Positions 24,054-32,376 of a stretch of DNA of 32,376 nucleotides are shown here, piece by piece. The notes under the pieces are model-generated. The model saw only the letters and a list, made by a program, of their open reading frames with translations. It searched no databases and was not told the origin of the DNA. The DNA is from a bacterium. GTDB taxonomy: Bacteria; Patescibacteriota; Minisyncoccia; Phycocordibacterales; Phycocordibacteraceae. Location: assembly GCA_021813965.1 (NCBI GenBank), contig JAKAJB010000002.1:1-32376 (forward strand), given 5' to 3'. The first letter of the stretch is position 1. Each line of letters opens with the position of its first letter. Both the position numbers and the translations under genes were made by a program.

Positions 24054-26430
24054 AAAGGCGACCACGAAGAAACACATCGTCCTCCTCGACACGCATGCGA
24101 TCATCCACCGCGCGTACCACGCGCTGCCGGAATTCACCGGCCCCACCGGCGCGCCCACCGGCGCGCTCTACGGCCTCGTCGCGATGCTCCTCAAGATCAT
24201 CGCCGACCTTAAGCCGGACTACATCGCCGCCTGCTACGACTTGCCGAAGCCGACCATCCGCCACGAAGCGTATGAAGGCTACAAGGGCACGCGCGTGAAG
24301 ATCGATGACGCGCTCGCGCTCCAGCTCCAGGAATCCCGCAAGGTGTTCGCGGCGTTCTCGATACCGACCTATGAGCGGGAAGGGTTCGAGGCCGACGATC
24401 TGCTCGGCACGATCGCTCACGAGCTGCGTGCGGAAGATGTCGACGTCATCATCGCCTCGGGCGACATGGACACGCTCCAGCTCGTCGATGACGCGCGCGT
24501 CCGCGTCTATACCCTGAAGAAAGGCATCAACGACACGATCCTCTACGACGAGAAGGCGGTCATCGACCGGTTCGGCTTCGCGCCGGCGCTCATACCGGAT
24601 TTCAAAGGATTGCGCGGCGACCCCTCGGACAATATCAAAGGCGTTCCCGGTATCGGCGAGAAGACCGCGACGGAACTCATCACGCAGTTCGGCACGATAG
24701 AGGATATCTACGCGACCCTTGAGAAGAAGGGCGATGACGCCTTCCTCAAGAAAGGCGTGAAGGCGCGCATGATAACGCTCCTGCGCGATCATGAAGAGGG
24801 CGCGCGCCTGAGCAAAGCGCTCGCGACGATACGCCTCGATGCCCCGATCGCCTTCGCGCTCCCTGAGCGCTCATGGCGCGAGAATGCCGACATCGCGAAG
24901 CTCACCGCGATGTGCGACGAGTTCGGTTTCCGGACGCTCAAAGACAGGATCAAGGCCACGCTCGGCGCGCCGGCACCCTCCGAAGAAAAAGAGATCGAAG
25001 AGGAACTCCCTGAAGAAGAGATAGATGACACGCGTTTCCGGGAAGCGCAGGCGATGCTCTGGCTTATCTCATCCGAGTTCACGAACCCCACGCTCGACGA
25101 TCTCCTCGCCTTCGCGAAAGAACGCTCCTTCGACGCCGCGTATGCGGCGCTCGAGAAGCAGGTAGCCGCGCTCGGCCGGGTGCGAGAGGTCTACGAGAAC
25201 ATCGAGAAGCCGCTCATCCCCGTCATACGGAAGATGGAAGCGCGCGGCGTGCTCATCGACACCAAGGTGCTCGCGAAGCTCGCGAAGGCGTACACCGCCG
25301 AGCTGAAGGAGATCGAGGCGAATATCTACAAGGACGCCGGGCACGAGTTCAACGTAAGCTCGCCCAAGCAGCTCGGGGAAGTGCTCTTCGACGAGCTGAA
25401 GCTCATTCCGGATCGGCAGAAGAAGACCGCCGGCGGCGCGCGCTCGACGCGCGAAAGCGAGCTCGAGAAGATACGCGACGCGCACCCGATCGTCGCCGAC
25501 ATCCTCGCGTACCGCGAGCTGAAGAAACTGCTCTCGACCTACATCGAGAACCTCCCGCCGATGCTCGATGCAGAGCATCGCCTGCACGCCGAATTCCTCC
25601 AGACCGGCACGACGACCGGCCGCATGGCGTCGCAGAATCCGAATCTTCAGAACATCCCCATCCATTCCGAGCGCGGCCGCGCGATACGTCACGCCTTCGT
25701 CGCGCCGGAAGGCTTCCTGCTCGTCGGCCTCGACTACTCCCAGATCGAACTGCGCCTCGCCGCGATCCTCTCGGGCGACGAGAAGCTCTGCGCGATATTC
25801 CGGAGCGGCCGCGACGTGCACCAAGAGGTCGCAGCGCAAGTGTTCCACGTCGCGGCCGAAGACGTCGACGCGGAGATGCGCCGCCGGGCGAAAGTCATCA
25901 ATTTCGGTATCCTCTACGGCATGGGCATCAACGCGCTCCGGACGCAGCTCGGGACGACGACCGCCGAGACTCACGCTTTCTATGAGGAGTATTTCGGCCA
26001 GTTCAAGACGCTGTCCGAATATCTCGAATCGACGAAGGGCTTCGCGCGGACGCACGGCTACACCGAGACGCTCTTCGGCCGCCGCCGGCAGTTCCCCGAG
26101 ATGAAATCCTCCTTGCCCTACGTGCGCGCGCAGGCCGAACGCATGGCTATCAATGCCCCTCTGCAAGGGACGCAGGCCGACATCATCAAGCTCGCGATGG
26201 TGCGCATCGACCGCATGCTCGAGGAGGAGGGCGCGAGCGAGGATGCCCACCTCCTCCTCCAAGTGCACGATGAGCTCATCTACGAGATACGCGCTGATCG
26301 CGCGGACGCGCTCGGCGATAAGATAAAGAGCGTCATGGAATCGGTCTTGCCTCTCGAGGAGACGCGCGGCGTGCCGATCATCGCTACGATGAAGTCGGGT
26401 TCCGATTGGGGCTTGATGCAGCAAGTTTGA
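24046..26430 (+). CDS. polA: DNA polymerase I (5'-3' exonuclease plus polymerase; 3'-5' exonuclease region largely absent)
   Basis: EADD, SGDMD, GDPSDNIKGVPGIGEKTA, DYSQIELR, RRAKVINFG and LQVHDEL motifs. Confidence 0.97.
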   Translation: MAKKATTKKHIVLLDTHAIIHRAYHALPEFTGPTGAPTGALYGLVAMLLKIIADLKPDYIAACYDLPKPTIRHEAYEGYKGTRVKIDDALALQLQESRKVFAAFSIPTYEREGFEADDLLGTIAHELRAEDVDVIIASGDMDTLQLVDDARVRVYTLKKGINDTILYDEKAVIDRFGFAPALIPDFKGLRGDPSDNIKGVPGIGEKTATELITQFGTIEDIYATLEKKGDDAFLKKGVKARMITLLRDHEEGARLSKALATIRLDAPIAFALPERSWRENADIAKLTAMCDEFGFRTLKDRIKATLGAPAPSEEKEIEEELPEEEIDDTRFREAQAMLWLISSEFTNPTLDDLLAFAKERSFDAAYAALEKQVAALGRVREVYENIEKPLIPVIRKMEARGVLIDTKVLAKLAKAYTAELKEIEANIYKDAGHEFNVSSPKQLGEVLFDELKLIPDRQKKTAGGARSTRESELEKIRDAHPIVADILAYRELKKLLSTYIENLPPMLDAEHRLHAEFLQTGTTTGRMASQNPNLQNIPIHSERGRAIRHAFVAPEGFLLVGLDYSQIELRLAAILSGDEKLCAIFRSGRDVHQEVAAQVFHVAAEDVDAEMRRRAKVINFGILYGMGINALRTQLGTTTAETHAFYEEYFGQFKTLSEYLESTKGFARTHGYTETLFGRRRQFPEMKSSLPYVRAQAERMAINAPLQGTQADIIKLAMVRIDRMLEEEGASEDAHLLLQVHDELIYEIRADRADALGDKIKSVMESVLPLEETRGVPIIATMKSGSDWGLMQQV

Positions 26431-26487
26431 CATAGCTGATGCATCGGATATATTGCACTTTGCAGATCAACCAACGAGGGGGATGGC

Positions 26488-26631
26488 ATGAAAACCACGT
26501 TCTTTTTGATAGGTGTCGCAATCATCGCGCTTCCTTTCGGGGGCATATTCCTTTATCATCGCCGCTGGCAAGCGGCGCATCCGGAAGAAGACGAGGCCTC
26601 AGCCGAGGAAGCCAACCAATGGCCGAAGTGA
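26488..26631 (+). CDS. 47-aa single-TM small protein with acidic tail (not in the ORF track)
   Basis: MKTTFFLIGVAIIALPFGGIFLYHRRWQAAHPEEDEASAEEANQWPK; SD GAGGGG; TTGACA(26427)-16 nt-TATATT; hairpin at 26643-26672. Confidence 0.65.
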   Translation: MKTTFFLIGVAIIALPFGGIFLYHRRWQAAHPEEDEASAEEANQWPK

Positions 26632-26686
26632 ACGGCGCGAAGAAAGGGTACTCCTCCGGGAGCGCCCTTTTTGCTATGCTGGAGGA

Positions 26687-27424
26687 GTGATATACCTCTT
26701 CTGCGGTTCGGATGTCGATAAGGTTCGGACAAAGGCTTTCGCGTGGGTGGCGGCCGCGCGAGCGAAGGAACCGAACCTCGCGTACGTGCGCCTCGCTCGC
26801 GAAGAGCTCACGGACGCAGCGCTTGACGATGCGGCTCTCTCGGGCGGCCTCTTCGTCTCGCGGCTCCTCATCCTCCTCGACGACCCGTTCCCGACCGCGC
26901 GCACCGCAGGCGATGAAGAGGGGGGCGAGGAAGAAAGCGGCGCGGGCAGCCTCCTGGAGGACCATCTCGACGCGCTCGCGGCATCCGATAATGCTATCGT
27001 CATCCTCGCGCCGAAGCTTGCGGCTGTGAAAGCGAAGAAGCTCGTCGCGAAAGCGAAATTTTCATACGCATTCGATAAACCTGCCGCGCGCGAAGTCGCG
27101 CGCGGCTTCAACGGCGATCTCGTGAACGCGCTCGCGGCGCGCTCGCGCGACCGGCTCTGGCTCGAAGTGAACCGCGCGCTTATAGCGGGCGACGCGCCCG
27201 AGATGCTCCACGGCCTCCTGCATTGGAAAGCGCGCGACCTGATGGAGAAGGCTAAAGCCGCCGAAGGCGGCTCGCCCGACGTTTCAACGTCTAGGGGCAG
27301 CCGCGCCTGGACGGCGGCAGAATCGCGTCGGCTCTCGCTCGACCTCATCAAGCTCCTGCAGGACTCTCGCCGGAGCGGCCTTGATCTTTCGCTGGCGCTC
27401 GAGAAGTTCGCGCTTTCGATTTAG
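26687..27424 (+). CDS. holA: Divergent, shortened DNA polymerase III delta subunit-like protein
   Basis: VIYLFCGSD start, 'GGLFVSRLLILLDD', C-terminal 'DLSLALEKFALSI'. GTG lies 6 nt after TATGCT. Confidence 0.65.
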   Translation: MIYLFCGSDVDKVRTKAFAWVAAARAKEPNLAYVRLAREELTDAALDDAALSGGLFVSRLLILLDDPFPTARTAGDEEGGEEESGAGSLLEDHLDALAASDNAIVILAPKLAAVKAKKLVAKAKFSYAFDKPAAREVARGFNGDLVNALAARSRDRLWLEVNRALIAGDAPEMLHGLLHWKARDLMEKAKAAEGGSPDVSTSRGSRAWTAAESRRLSLDLIKLLQDSRRSGLDLSLALEKFALSI

Positions 27425-27645
27425 AGAATCATTGTCCCGGCACGCTCTGCCAGCAAGCAGTATATCGTGTGCCCGACAGGGTTACGAACCATCATATGGT
27501 ACTATACAAAGGGAGTCGTCGGAATAGGTGAGAGATGATACTGTGCGGTGAGAAAATATACCTGCGTCCGTATCTCCTCGGATTCGATACGGACGCCCGT
27601 TCTGAAAACAAAGAATCCGAGAGCAGTTCTTTGTTTCCTCGCCAC

Positions 27646-27718
27646 GCGCCCGTAGCTCAGTCGGTAGAGCAGCTCGCTTTTAACGAGAAGGTCGCAGGAT
27701 CGAAGCCTGCCGGGCGCA
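27646..27718 (+). tRNA. tRNA-Lys(TTT)
   Basis: Acceptor GCGCCCG/CGGGCGC, D-arm GCTC/GAGC, anticodon loop CTTTTAA, T-arm GCAGG-ATCGAAG-CCTGC. CCA is not encoded. Confidence 0.93.
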
Positions 27719-27719
27719 C

Positions 27720-28553
27720 ATGGAAACTTCTTTCAGAGAGCAGTGTATAGCCTTGCGAAAGGAGGGGTACAGCATCGTTGAAATAATGGCAGTAACTGGA
27801 AAAGCGAAGTCTTCTATCCATACGCATATAAGGAATATTCCCCTGAGCGAGGAGCGTTTAAAAGAGATTAAGAAAGCTTCCGGGGAGCGGGTTCGAAAAT
27901 TTGCATTAGCTCGAAAGGGGAAAAGTAAACGAGAGTTCAGAGCTTTTGATGAGTGGTCTGCAAACACGGTGCTCTTTATCGCGCACCTACTTTTCGATGG
28001 GGAGATAACGCGGACGAGATGTGCCTACAACAATCGCAATGTAGCGCTCATCGGACGTGTTGAGCGGCTCATGCGCGAATGGTATGACTTCGAACCGAGC
28101 CGGTACTACAACAAAATGACCGGGGTCTCGCGCATCACGTACGGTAACGTGGCTTTGGGCTCCTACCTAAAGATGAAATCCGGAGAATTGCTGCGGGATA
28201 TAAGGAAAATGCCGCCTGATCTCGAACGCGAATTCATTCGAGCCTTTTTTGATGACGAGGGGTGTATGGACTACCGACCAGAAGAAAATAGACGCAGCAT
28301 TCGAGGATATCAGAAAGATGTACGGATTCTTGAGATAGTAAAGTCGCTTCTGGCAGATTTCGATATTGCGGCGCGGATCGTGTTCCCGAACGAAGTCGTA
28401 ATCGTTGGCAAGGAGAATCTGATGAAATTTGAACGAGAGATTAATTTCTCACCGGGCGTATATATGAATGGGAACCGCTCGAACAGCCGGTGGAAGAAAC
28501 ATGTGGAGAAAAGAGAATTACTAAAACAAGCGATCGTTTCATTCAAAAACTAA
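27720..28553 (+). CDS. HTH plus double-motif LAGLIDADG homing-endonuclease-like protein
   Basis: N-terminal HTH (LRKEGYSIVEI…AKSSIHTHI); motifs FIAHLLFDGEI and FIRAFFDDEGC; AT-richer than neighbours. Confidence 0.85.
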   Translation: METSFREQCIALRKEGYSIVEIMAVTGKAKSSIHTHIRNIPLSEERLKEIKKASGERVRKFALARKGKSKREFRAFDEWSANTVLFIAHLLFDGEITRTRCAYNNRNVALIGRVERLMREWYDFEPSRYYNKMTGVSRITYGNVALGSYLKMKSGELLRDIRKMPPDLEREFIRAFFDDEGCMDYRPEENRRSIRGYQKDVRILEIVKSLLADFDIAARIVFPNEVVIVGKENLMKFEREINFSPGVYMNGNRSNSRWKKHVEKRELLKQAIVSFKN

Positions 28554-29512
28554 TAGCTGAACGCGTCAACCGTCTTGCCGGTCGCATCAAGCAGCTTCAC
28601 GACTTCGTGTTGCGTTCGCCACATCGAACTGCTCCTGCCGAGATAGACATGCCACGTGTCCCCCTTGAAATCAGAGTCGCCTCGGTGCGCGTTAACGCAG
28701 CCGTTGTAATTGAGATATTTCACGAGGAAACTCTGGCATGCGCCCGAGACGGTCGTCGGCGGAGTGAGCGCGGCTTGGCAGCGCGAGAGCGTGTTCACAT
28801 AATCGATGCACGACGCGTCGCGGATGTAATCGGCGCCGTAAAAGGAAGAGAGCTCCGTGGACGGAGAGGGGCAGTTGAGCGGCAGGGACGGATTGAAATC
28901 CTGGAAGCTGCTGAAATAGCCGATGCATTTATTCTCTCGGAACGAAGCGCCGATGGGGGACTGCCCGGACGCGATGATCGCCTGCTGCCCGGCGGTAAGC
29001 ACGATGTCCTGCGCTGCGTTCACGACGCCGGACGTCGGCGTCTCCGTGCCCTTCGGTATGGTCATGGAATTGCCGGTCGCCTCGCTCTCAAGCACCCACC
29101 CGGAGATATCGACCGGAACGCTCGCGTTCTGCGCCACGCGCAGGTTGATATATTCATTTCTCGGGTCAGCCGAAGCTGCGCCTGAGACGGAGTGGTCCAT
29201 CGACACGATGCCGTAGTACGGTGAAAGGTCGCCGAATGTCGTCCCGCCGATGAGCGGCGTATTCGGGGTGCCGCTGCTGCCTATGGAACCGCCGCCGGCA
29301 GAGCTTCCCGGGAGCTCCGTGTTGCTTCCGCCGCCGATACCGAAGGGCGAGCGCGGGAGGGAAAGGTAGGTGCCGCCGCCGAGCTGGCCCGGCAGGGCGA
29401 GCCGCGGCCCGGAGAAGGCTATCGGGTGCACCGGTCCGCCCGTGGCGATCCAGATGAGGAAAATGAAGACGAACACGCCTATGAAAAACCATGAATCATG
29501 CATGTCGCTCAT
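28550..29512 (-). CDS. Membrane-anchored lamin-tail-domain-like protein with Cys-rich insert
   Basis: N-terminal TM, Gly/Ser linker, NEYINLR…PVDISGWVL and C-terminal W…EVVKLLDATGKTVDAFSY. Confidence 0.7.
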   Translation of the reverse strand: MSDMHDSWFFIGVFVFIFLIWIATGGPVHPIAFSGPRLALPGQLGGGTYLSLPRSPFGIGGGSNTELPGSSAGGGSIGSSGTPNTPLIGGTTFGDLSPYYGIVSMDHSVSGAASADPRNEYINLRVAQNASVPVDISGWVLESEATGNSMTIPKGTETPTSGVVNAAQDIVLTAGQQAIIASGQSPIGASFRENKCIGYFSSFQDFNPSLPLNCPSPSTELSSFYGADYIRDASCIDYVNTLSRCQAALTPPTTVSGACQSFLVKYLNYNGCVNAHRGDSDFKGDTWHVYLGRSSSMWRTQHEVVKLLDATGKTVDAFSY

Positions 29513-29622
29513 AGAGAGATGATATCAAATTTTCGCTCGAAGTCGCACCATATAGGCACTTCTCATTTCCTAACTCACCCCGAGAGTACTTGGAATCTCT
29601 AATCGCTATGCTCAAGAGATTC

Positions 29623-30912
29623 TCAGCGCGCTTTGCTCCTAAGGAAATGAAGTCGCCCGAGCTCTTCACGGACGACGCTCGCGTCGTCCCAAGGGGTCTT
29701 TGATCCTTTCGGGCCCATGATGAACGGATCGGTCCCTTTTCCGCTTATGAGGACGGCGTCGCCGGGGCGCGCCATACGGAGCGCGGCGCGTATCGCTTCG
29801 CGCCGGTCCATGATGATGGTCGGTGCGCGTCGCATGCCGGTCGCCATGGCGTCGACGATAGCGCGCGGATCCTCATCATACGGGTCTTCGTTCGTGAGAA
29901 TGACCTGCTCGCATACCTCATCGGCGATTTTTCCCATCTCCGGCCGCTTCCAGGTGTCGCGGCCGCCGCCGGTGTTGCCGAGCACGCAAATCTTCCGCTC
30001 GTTCGGGAAGGCGCTGTAGAGCGCGCGCAGCGAGTCCGGCGTGTGCGCATAATCGATGACAACGATGAAATCCTGATCGGCGTCGACATGCTCGACGCGA
30101 CCGCGGACGAGCGGAAGCGCGGTGAGCGCCGCGGCGGAGGTCGAGACCGGGACGCCGAGCGCTTCGCCGAGCTTCATCGCGGCGAGCGCGTTCATCGCGT
30201 TGAAGGCACCAGGGAGAGGGAGCGAGACGGGCGTCCCGGCGTAGGAGAAGCGGATACCCCGAGTGTCTCCCGAGACATCGGCGAGTTCGCGTTCGCTGAA
30301 GCCGATCGCTTCCGTCACGCGGGCGGAGAGGAAGGCGCGGCTCTCCGGGATGTCGCTGTTCGCGACGAGTATGCGCGCCGCTTTCGGCGAGGCCGCGAGC
30401 GTGTCGACGATGACCCGCTTCGCCGCGACGTACTTCTCGAAGGAACCGTGGCTCTCGATGTGCTCTCTCTGGATGTTCGTGACGATGAGGGCGTCGAGGT
30501 CGAGGAATTGGTGGCGATACTGCAGGACGCTCTCGCTCGTCACTTCGATGACGAGGTGGGTGCAGCCGGCTGCGAGCGCTTTGCGCATGAATGCTTGCGC
30601 GAAACCGCGGCCCTGGAGCGTCATCTTGTAGCGATTCGGCTCTGACGCGTCCTCGACCGCGAAGCGGATCGTGGAGAGGAGCGCCGTCTTGTGTCCTGCG
30701 GCGCGCAGTATCGCGAAGACCATCTCGGCGGTCGTCGATTTGCCTTTGGTTCCCGTGATGCCGATGACGGTGAGCTTTCTCGCCGGGAAGCCGTAAGCGA
30801 GCGCCATGAGGAAGGCGAGCATCCGGTGGTAGAGAGGGCGCAGCGGCCGTACGATCGGCTCCGGCACGACCTTTTTCAATATGCGTACGAGCGTGTCTAT
30901 AAAAGCGTACAT
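29623..30912 (-). CDS. murE: MurE-type UDP-MurNAc-tripeptide synthetase
   Basis: GITGTKGKSTT, EVTS, TNIQREH, DYAHTPD, GGGRD, EDPYDE and GKG motifs. Confidence 0.92.
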   Translation of the reverse strand: MYAFIDTLVRILKKVVPEPIVRPLRPLYHRMLAFLMALAYGFPARKLTVIGITGTKGKSTTAEMVFAILRAAGHKTALLSTIRFAVEDASEPNRYKMTLQGRGFAQAFMRKALAAGCTHLVIEVTSESVLQYRHQFLDLDALIVTNIQREHIESHGSFEKYVAAKRVIVDTLAASPKAARILVANSDIPESRAFLSARVTEAIGFSERELADVSGDTRGIRFSYAGTPVSLPLPGAFNAMNALAAMKLGEALGVPVSTSAAALTALPLVRGRVEHVDADQDFIVVIDYAHTPDSLRALYSAFPNERKICVLGNTGGGRDTWKRPEMGKIADEVCEQVILTNEDPYDEDPRAIVDAMATGMRRAPTIIMDRREAIRAALRMARPGDAVLISGKGTDPFIMGPKGSKTPWDDASVVREELGRLHFLRSKAR

Positions 30913-30913
30913 G

Positions 30914-31459
30914 CTAGTTTTTCGCAGAGAGTGCCGCCTTGAGCCGGGCTTCTTTCCCGCCGACCCCTTCGGGGATGTGCTGGAGCGCTGTGCGCGCCTC
31001 GCGCTCGGTGTAGCCGAGAGCGACGAGCGTGTCGAAGACTTCGCCATCGGCGTCATCATGGGCTCGCGGGCCGACCTTGTCCGCGAGTTCGACGAGCATC
31101 TTCTCGGCGCTCTTCTTACCGAGACCGACCACCTTGGTGAGATAGTTCAGGTCGCGCTTCCCTATAGCGCCCTCGAGCGCTTCGCGCGGCGCGCGACGGA
31201 GGACGCTCTGCGCGGTCTTCGGGCCGACGCCGGAGACGGTGAGTATGAGCTCGAAGAAGTCCCGATCAGCGGTGTCGGCGAAACCATAGAGCTCCAGACC
31301 GTCTTGTTTGAGGGTGAGATGGGTCGCAAGCGAAGTCTCCGTGCCGACGACGAGCGTTTCAGGCGCGCTCAGGCGCACCTCGATGCCGAAGCCGGCCACC
31401 TCGACGACGGCGCTCGCCGGGCCGACCGAAAGCACCTTCCCGCGTACCTGCCGTATCAT
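30914..31459 (-). CDS. ruvA: Holliday junction DNA-binding protein RuvA
   Basis: MIRQVRG, LYGF, VSGVGPKTA, GLGKKSAE and LVALGY motifs. Start lies 6 nt after TACTAT. Confidence 0.95.
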   Translation of the reverse strand: MIRQVRGKVLSVGPASAVVEVAGFGIEVRLSAPETLVVGTETSLATHLTLKQDGLELYGFADTADRDFFELILTVSGVGPKTAQSVLRRAPREALEGAIGKRDLNYLTKVVGLGKKSAEKMLVELADKVGPRAHDDADGEVFDTLVALGYTEREARTALQHIPEGVGGKEARLKAALSAKN

Positions 31460-31514
31460 ACGCGTATAGTACCATTTGCCATAGAACGGGATATAGCGTA
31501 TATATAGAGGACAT

Positions 31515-31781
31515 ATGGCAATCACCAGTTCAGCGAAGAAAGCGATCCGTTCTTCTGCGAAGAAGCGCGTGTTCAACCTGCGCCGCAAGGACGCGATGAA
31601 GGACACGGCGAAGTCGCTCACTAAAGCGCTCGCCGCCAAAGATGTCGCCGCAGCGGAGAAGCTCCTTCCGGAGGCCTACGCGACCATCGATAAAGCGAAG
31701 AAGCGCGGCGTCATCAAGAGCAATACCGCCGCCCGCAAGAAGAGCCGCCTCGCCCTCGCCATCAAGAAGGCGAAGTCCTAA
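31515..31781 (+). CDS. rpsT: 30S ribosomal protein S20
   Basis: SAKKAIR…IDKAKKRGVIKSNTAARKKSRL. Confidence 0.97.
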   Translation: MAITSSAKKAIRSSAKKRVFNLRRKDAMKDTAKSLTKALAAKDVAAAEKLLPEAYATIDKAKKRGVIKSNTAARKKSRLALAIKKAKS

Positions 31782-31784
31782 CGG

Positions 31785-31819
31785 AAAAGAAACGTCCCGC
31801 AAAGCGGGACGTTTCTTTT
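31785..31819. terminator. Intrinsic terminator after rpsT
   Basis: AAAAGAAACGTCCCGC-AAA-GCGGGACGTTTCTTTT. Confidence 0.9.
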
Positions 31820-31917
31820 GTGCGGCGTCGCGAGCCCTACGCGCGCCATTGCCTTAGTGAAAGAAATCGAGCGCCTTTGCGTATATTTTTATGTAGAAAG
31901 TAATTGGCGTCTTACGT

Positions 31918-32295
31918 ATGACCTACCTCATGACTTACATGCCTTTTATGCTCGTGCCAGCCTTCATCGGGTGCGGATTCCTCGGTGTCTCATGTTCCGT
32001 CCCGTCCGCCATGCCGGCTGCAGATAGCGTATCCGTTCAAACGTCCTCAATCGCGACCTCGTCTCCTGACGTCACGGTGACGACCATAATCGACGGGAAA
32101 TCCACGACGAAGACTCTCGATGCGCCGTATGGCGTCCGAAGCAGCGTGATTACTGATTCGAATGGGAGCACGACGACTGCCGAAGCATCGACGACGCCGC
32201 TTACCGAAGCGGATGCGGCCAAGCTACAGCAGCAGATGGAGCGCATGCTTGCCGAACAGCAACAGCTGTTCGCGAGCACATTCAACGGCTTCTAG
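31918..32295 (+). CDS. Hypothetical exported Ser/Thr-rich protein (start uncertain among three in-frame ATGs)
   Basis: Hydrophobic N-terminus with two Cys, S/T-rich middle, Q-rich helical C-terminus. Confidence 0.65.
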   Translation: MTYLMTYMPFMLVPAFIGCGFLGVSCSVPSAMPAADSVSVQTSSIATSSPDVTVTTIIDGKSTTKTLDAPYGVRSSVITDSNGSTTTAEASTTPLTEADAAKLQQQMERMLAEQQQLFASTFNGF

Positions 32296-32338
32296 CTGCC
32301 GCGCGCTCGGGAATCACCGCGGTTTCATTATCCAATTG

Positions 32339-32376
32339 TGCTCCCAGCAGGAATCGAACCTGCATCTGCTCCTTCG
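32339..32376 (-). tRNA. 3' half of a tRNA, probably tRNA-Arg (NCG), cut by the window end
   Basis: Reverse complement reads CGAA-GGAGC-AGAT-GCAGG-TTCGATT-CCTGC-TGGGAGC-A. Confidence 0.8.

Noticed and set aside
25069-26433. 454-aa antisense ORF to polA and other long antisense ORFs (e.g. 6668-7417, 8147-8998, 22456-23157, 24010-24792)
   Set aside because: Expected shadows of high-GC3 coding strands, with no motifs.
31918-31944. ATGACCTACCTC-ATGACTTAC-ATG micro-repeat at a gene start
   Set aside because: Too short to separate from chance or slippage; it only makes the start codon ambiguous.
1-32376. CRISPR array, diversity-generating retroelement or retron
   Set aside because: No regularly spaced repeats and no cas or reverse transcriptase gene. 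Mismatches between the comEC copies are not adenine-specific, so they are not a TR/VR pair.

Overview
Chromosomal origin region of a high-GC Patescibacteria/CPR genome (Parcubacteria-like gene set and order; standard genetic code). Core genes: rnhA, comEC, sod, a stand-alone ComEC-type MBL-fold gene, rpmB, an M50 protease, a PrgI-TraC-like-VirB4-pilin T4SS-like cluster, yidC-rnpA-rpmH<>dnaA-oriC-dnaN, PBP1A, ruvC-yebC-ruvB, pilB/gspE, tsaE, polA, holA-like, tRNA-Lys with an adjacent LAGLIDADG gene, murE, ruvA, rpsT and a partial tRNA-Arg. Main unexplained structure: (i) two adjacent integrase-less micro-islands, each bounded by a ~60-bp duplication of the 5' end of the downstream housekeeping gene (rnhA, comEC); (ii) in the second island, a BECR-like nuclease gene broken by an exact 8-bp tandem duplication and convergent with a candidate three-way-junction small RNA that has its own promoter and terminator; (iii) a ~200-nt promoter- and terminator-bounded structured RNA between ruvB and pilB; (iv) hairpin elements inserted in frame in comEC and holA, and two hairpins with a shared loop motif flanking yebC; (v) pervasive leaderless-type TAnnnT-N6-8-start promoters. 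All calls come from reading the sequence and recognising motifs; no searches were run.
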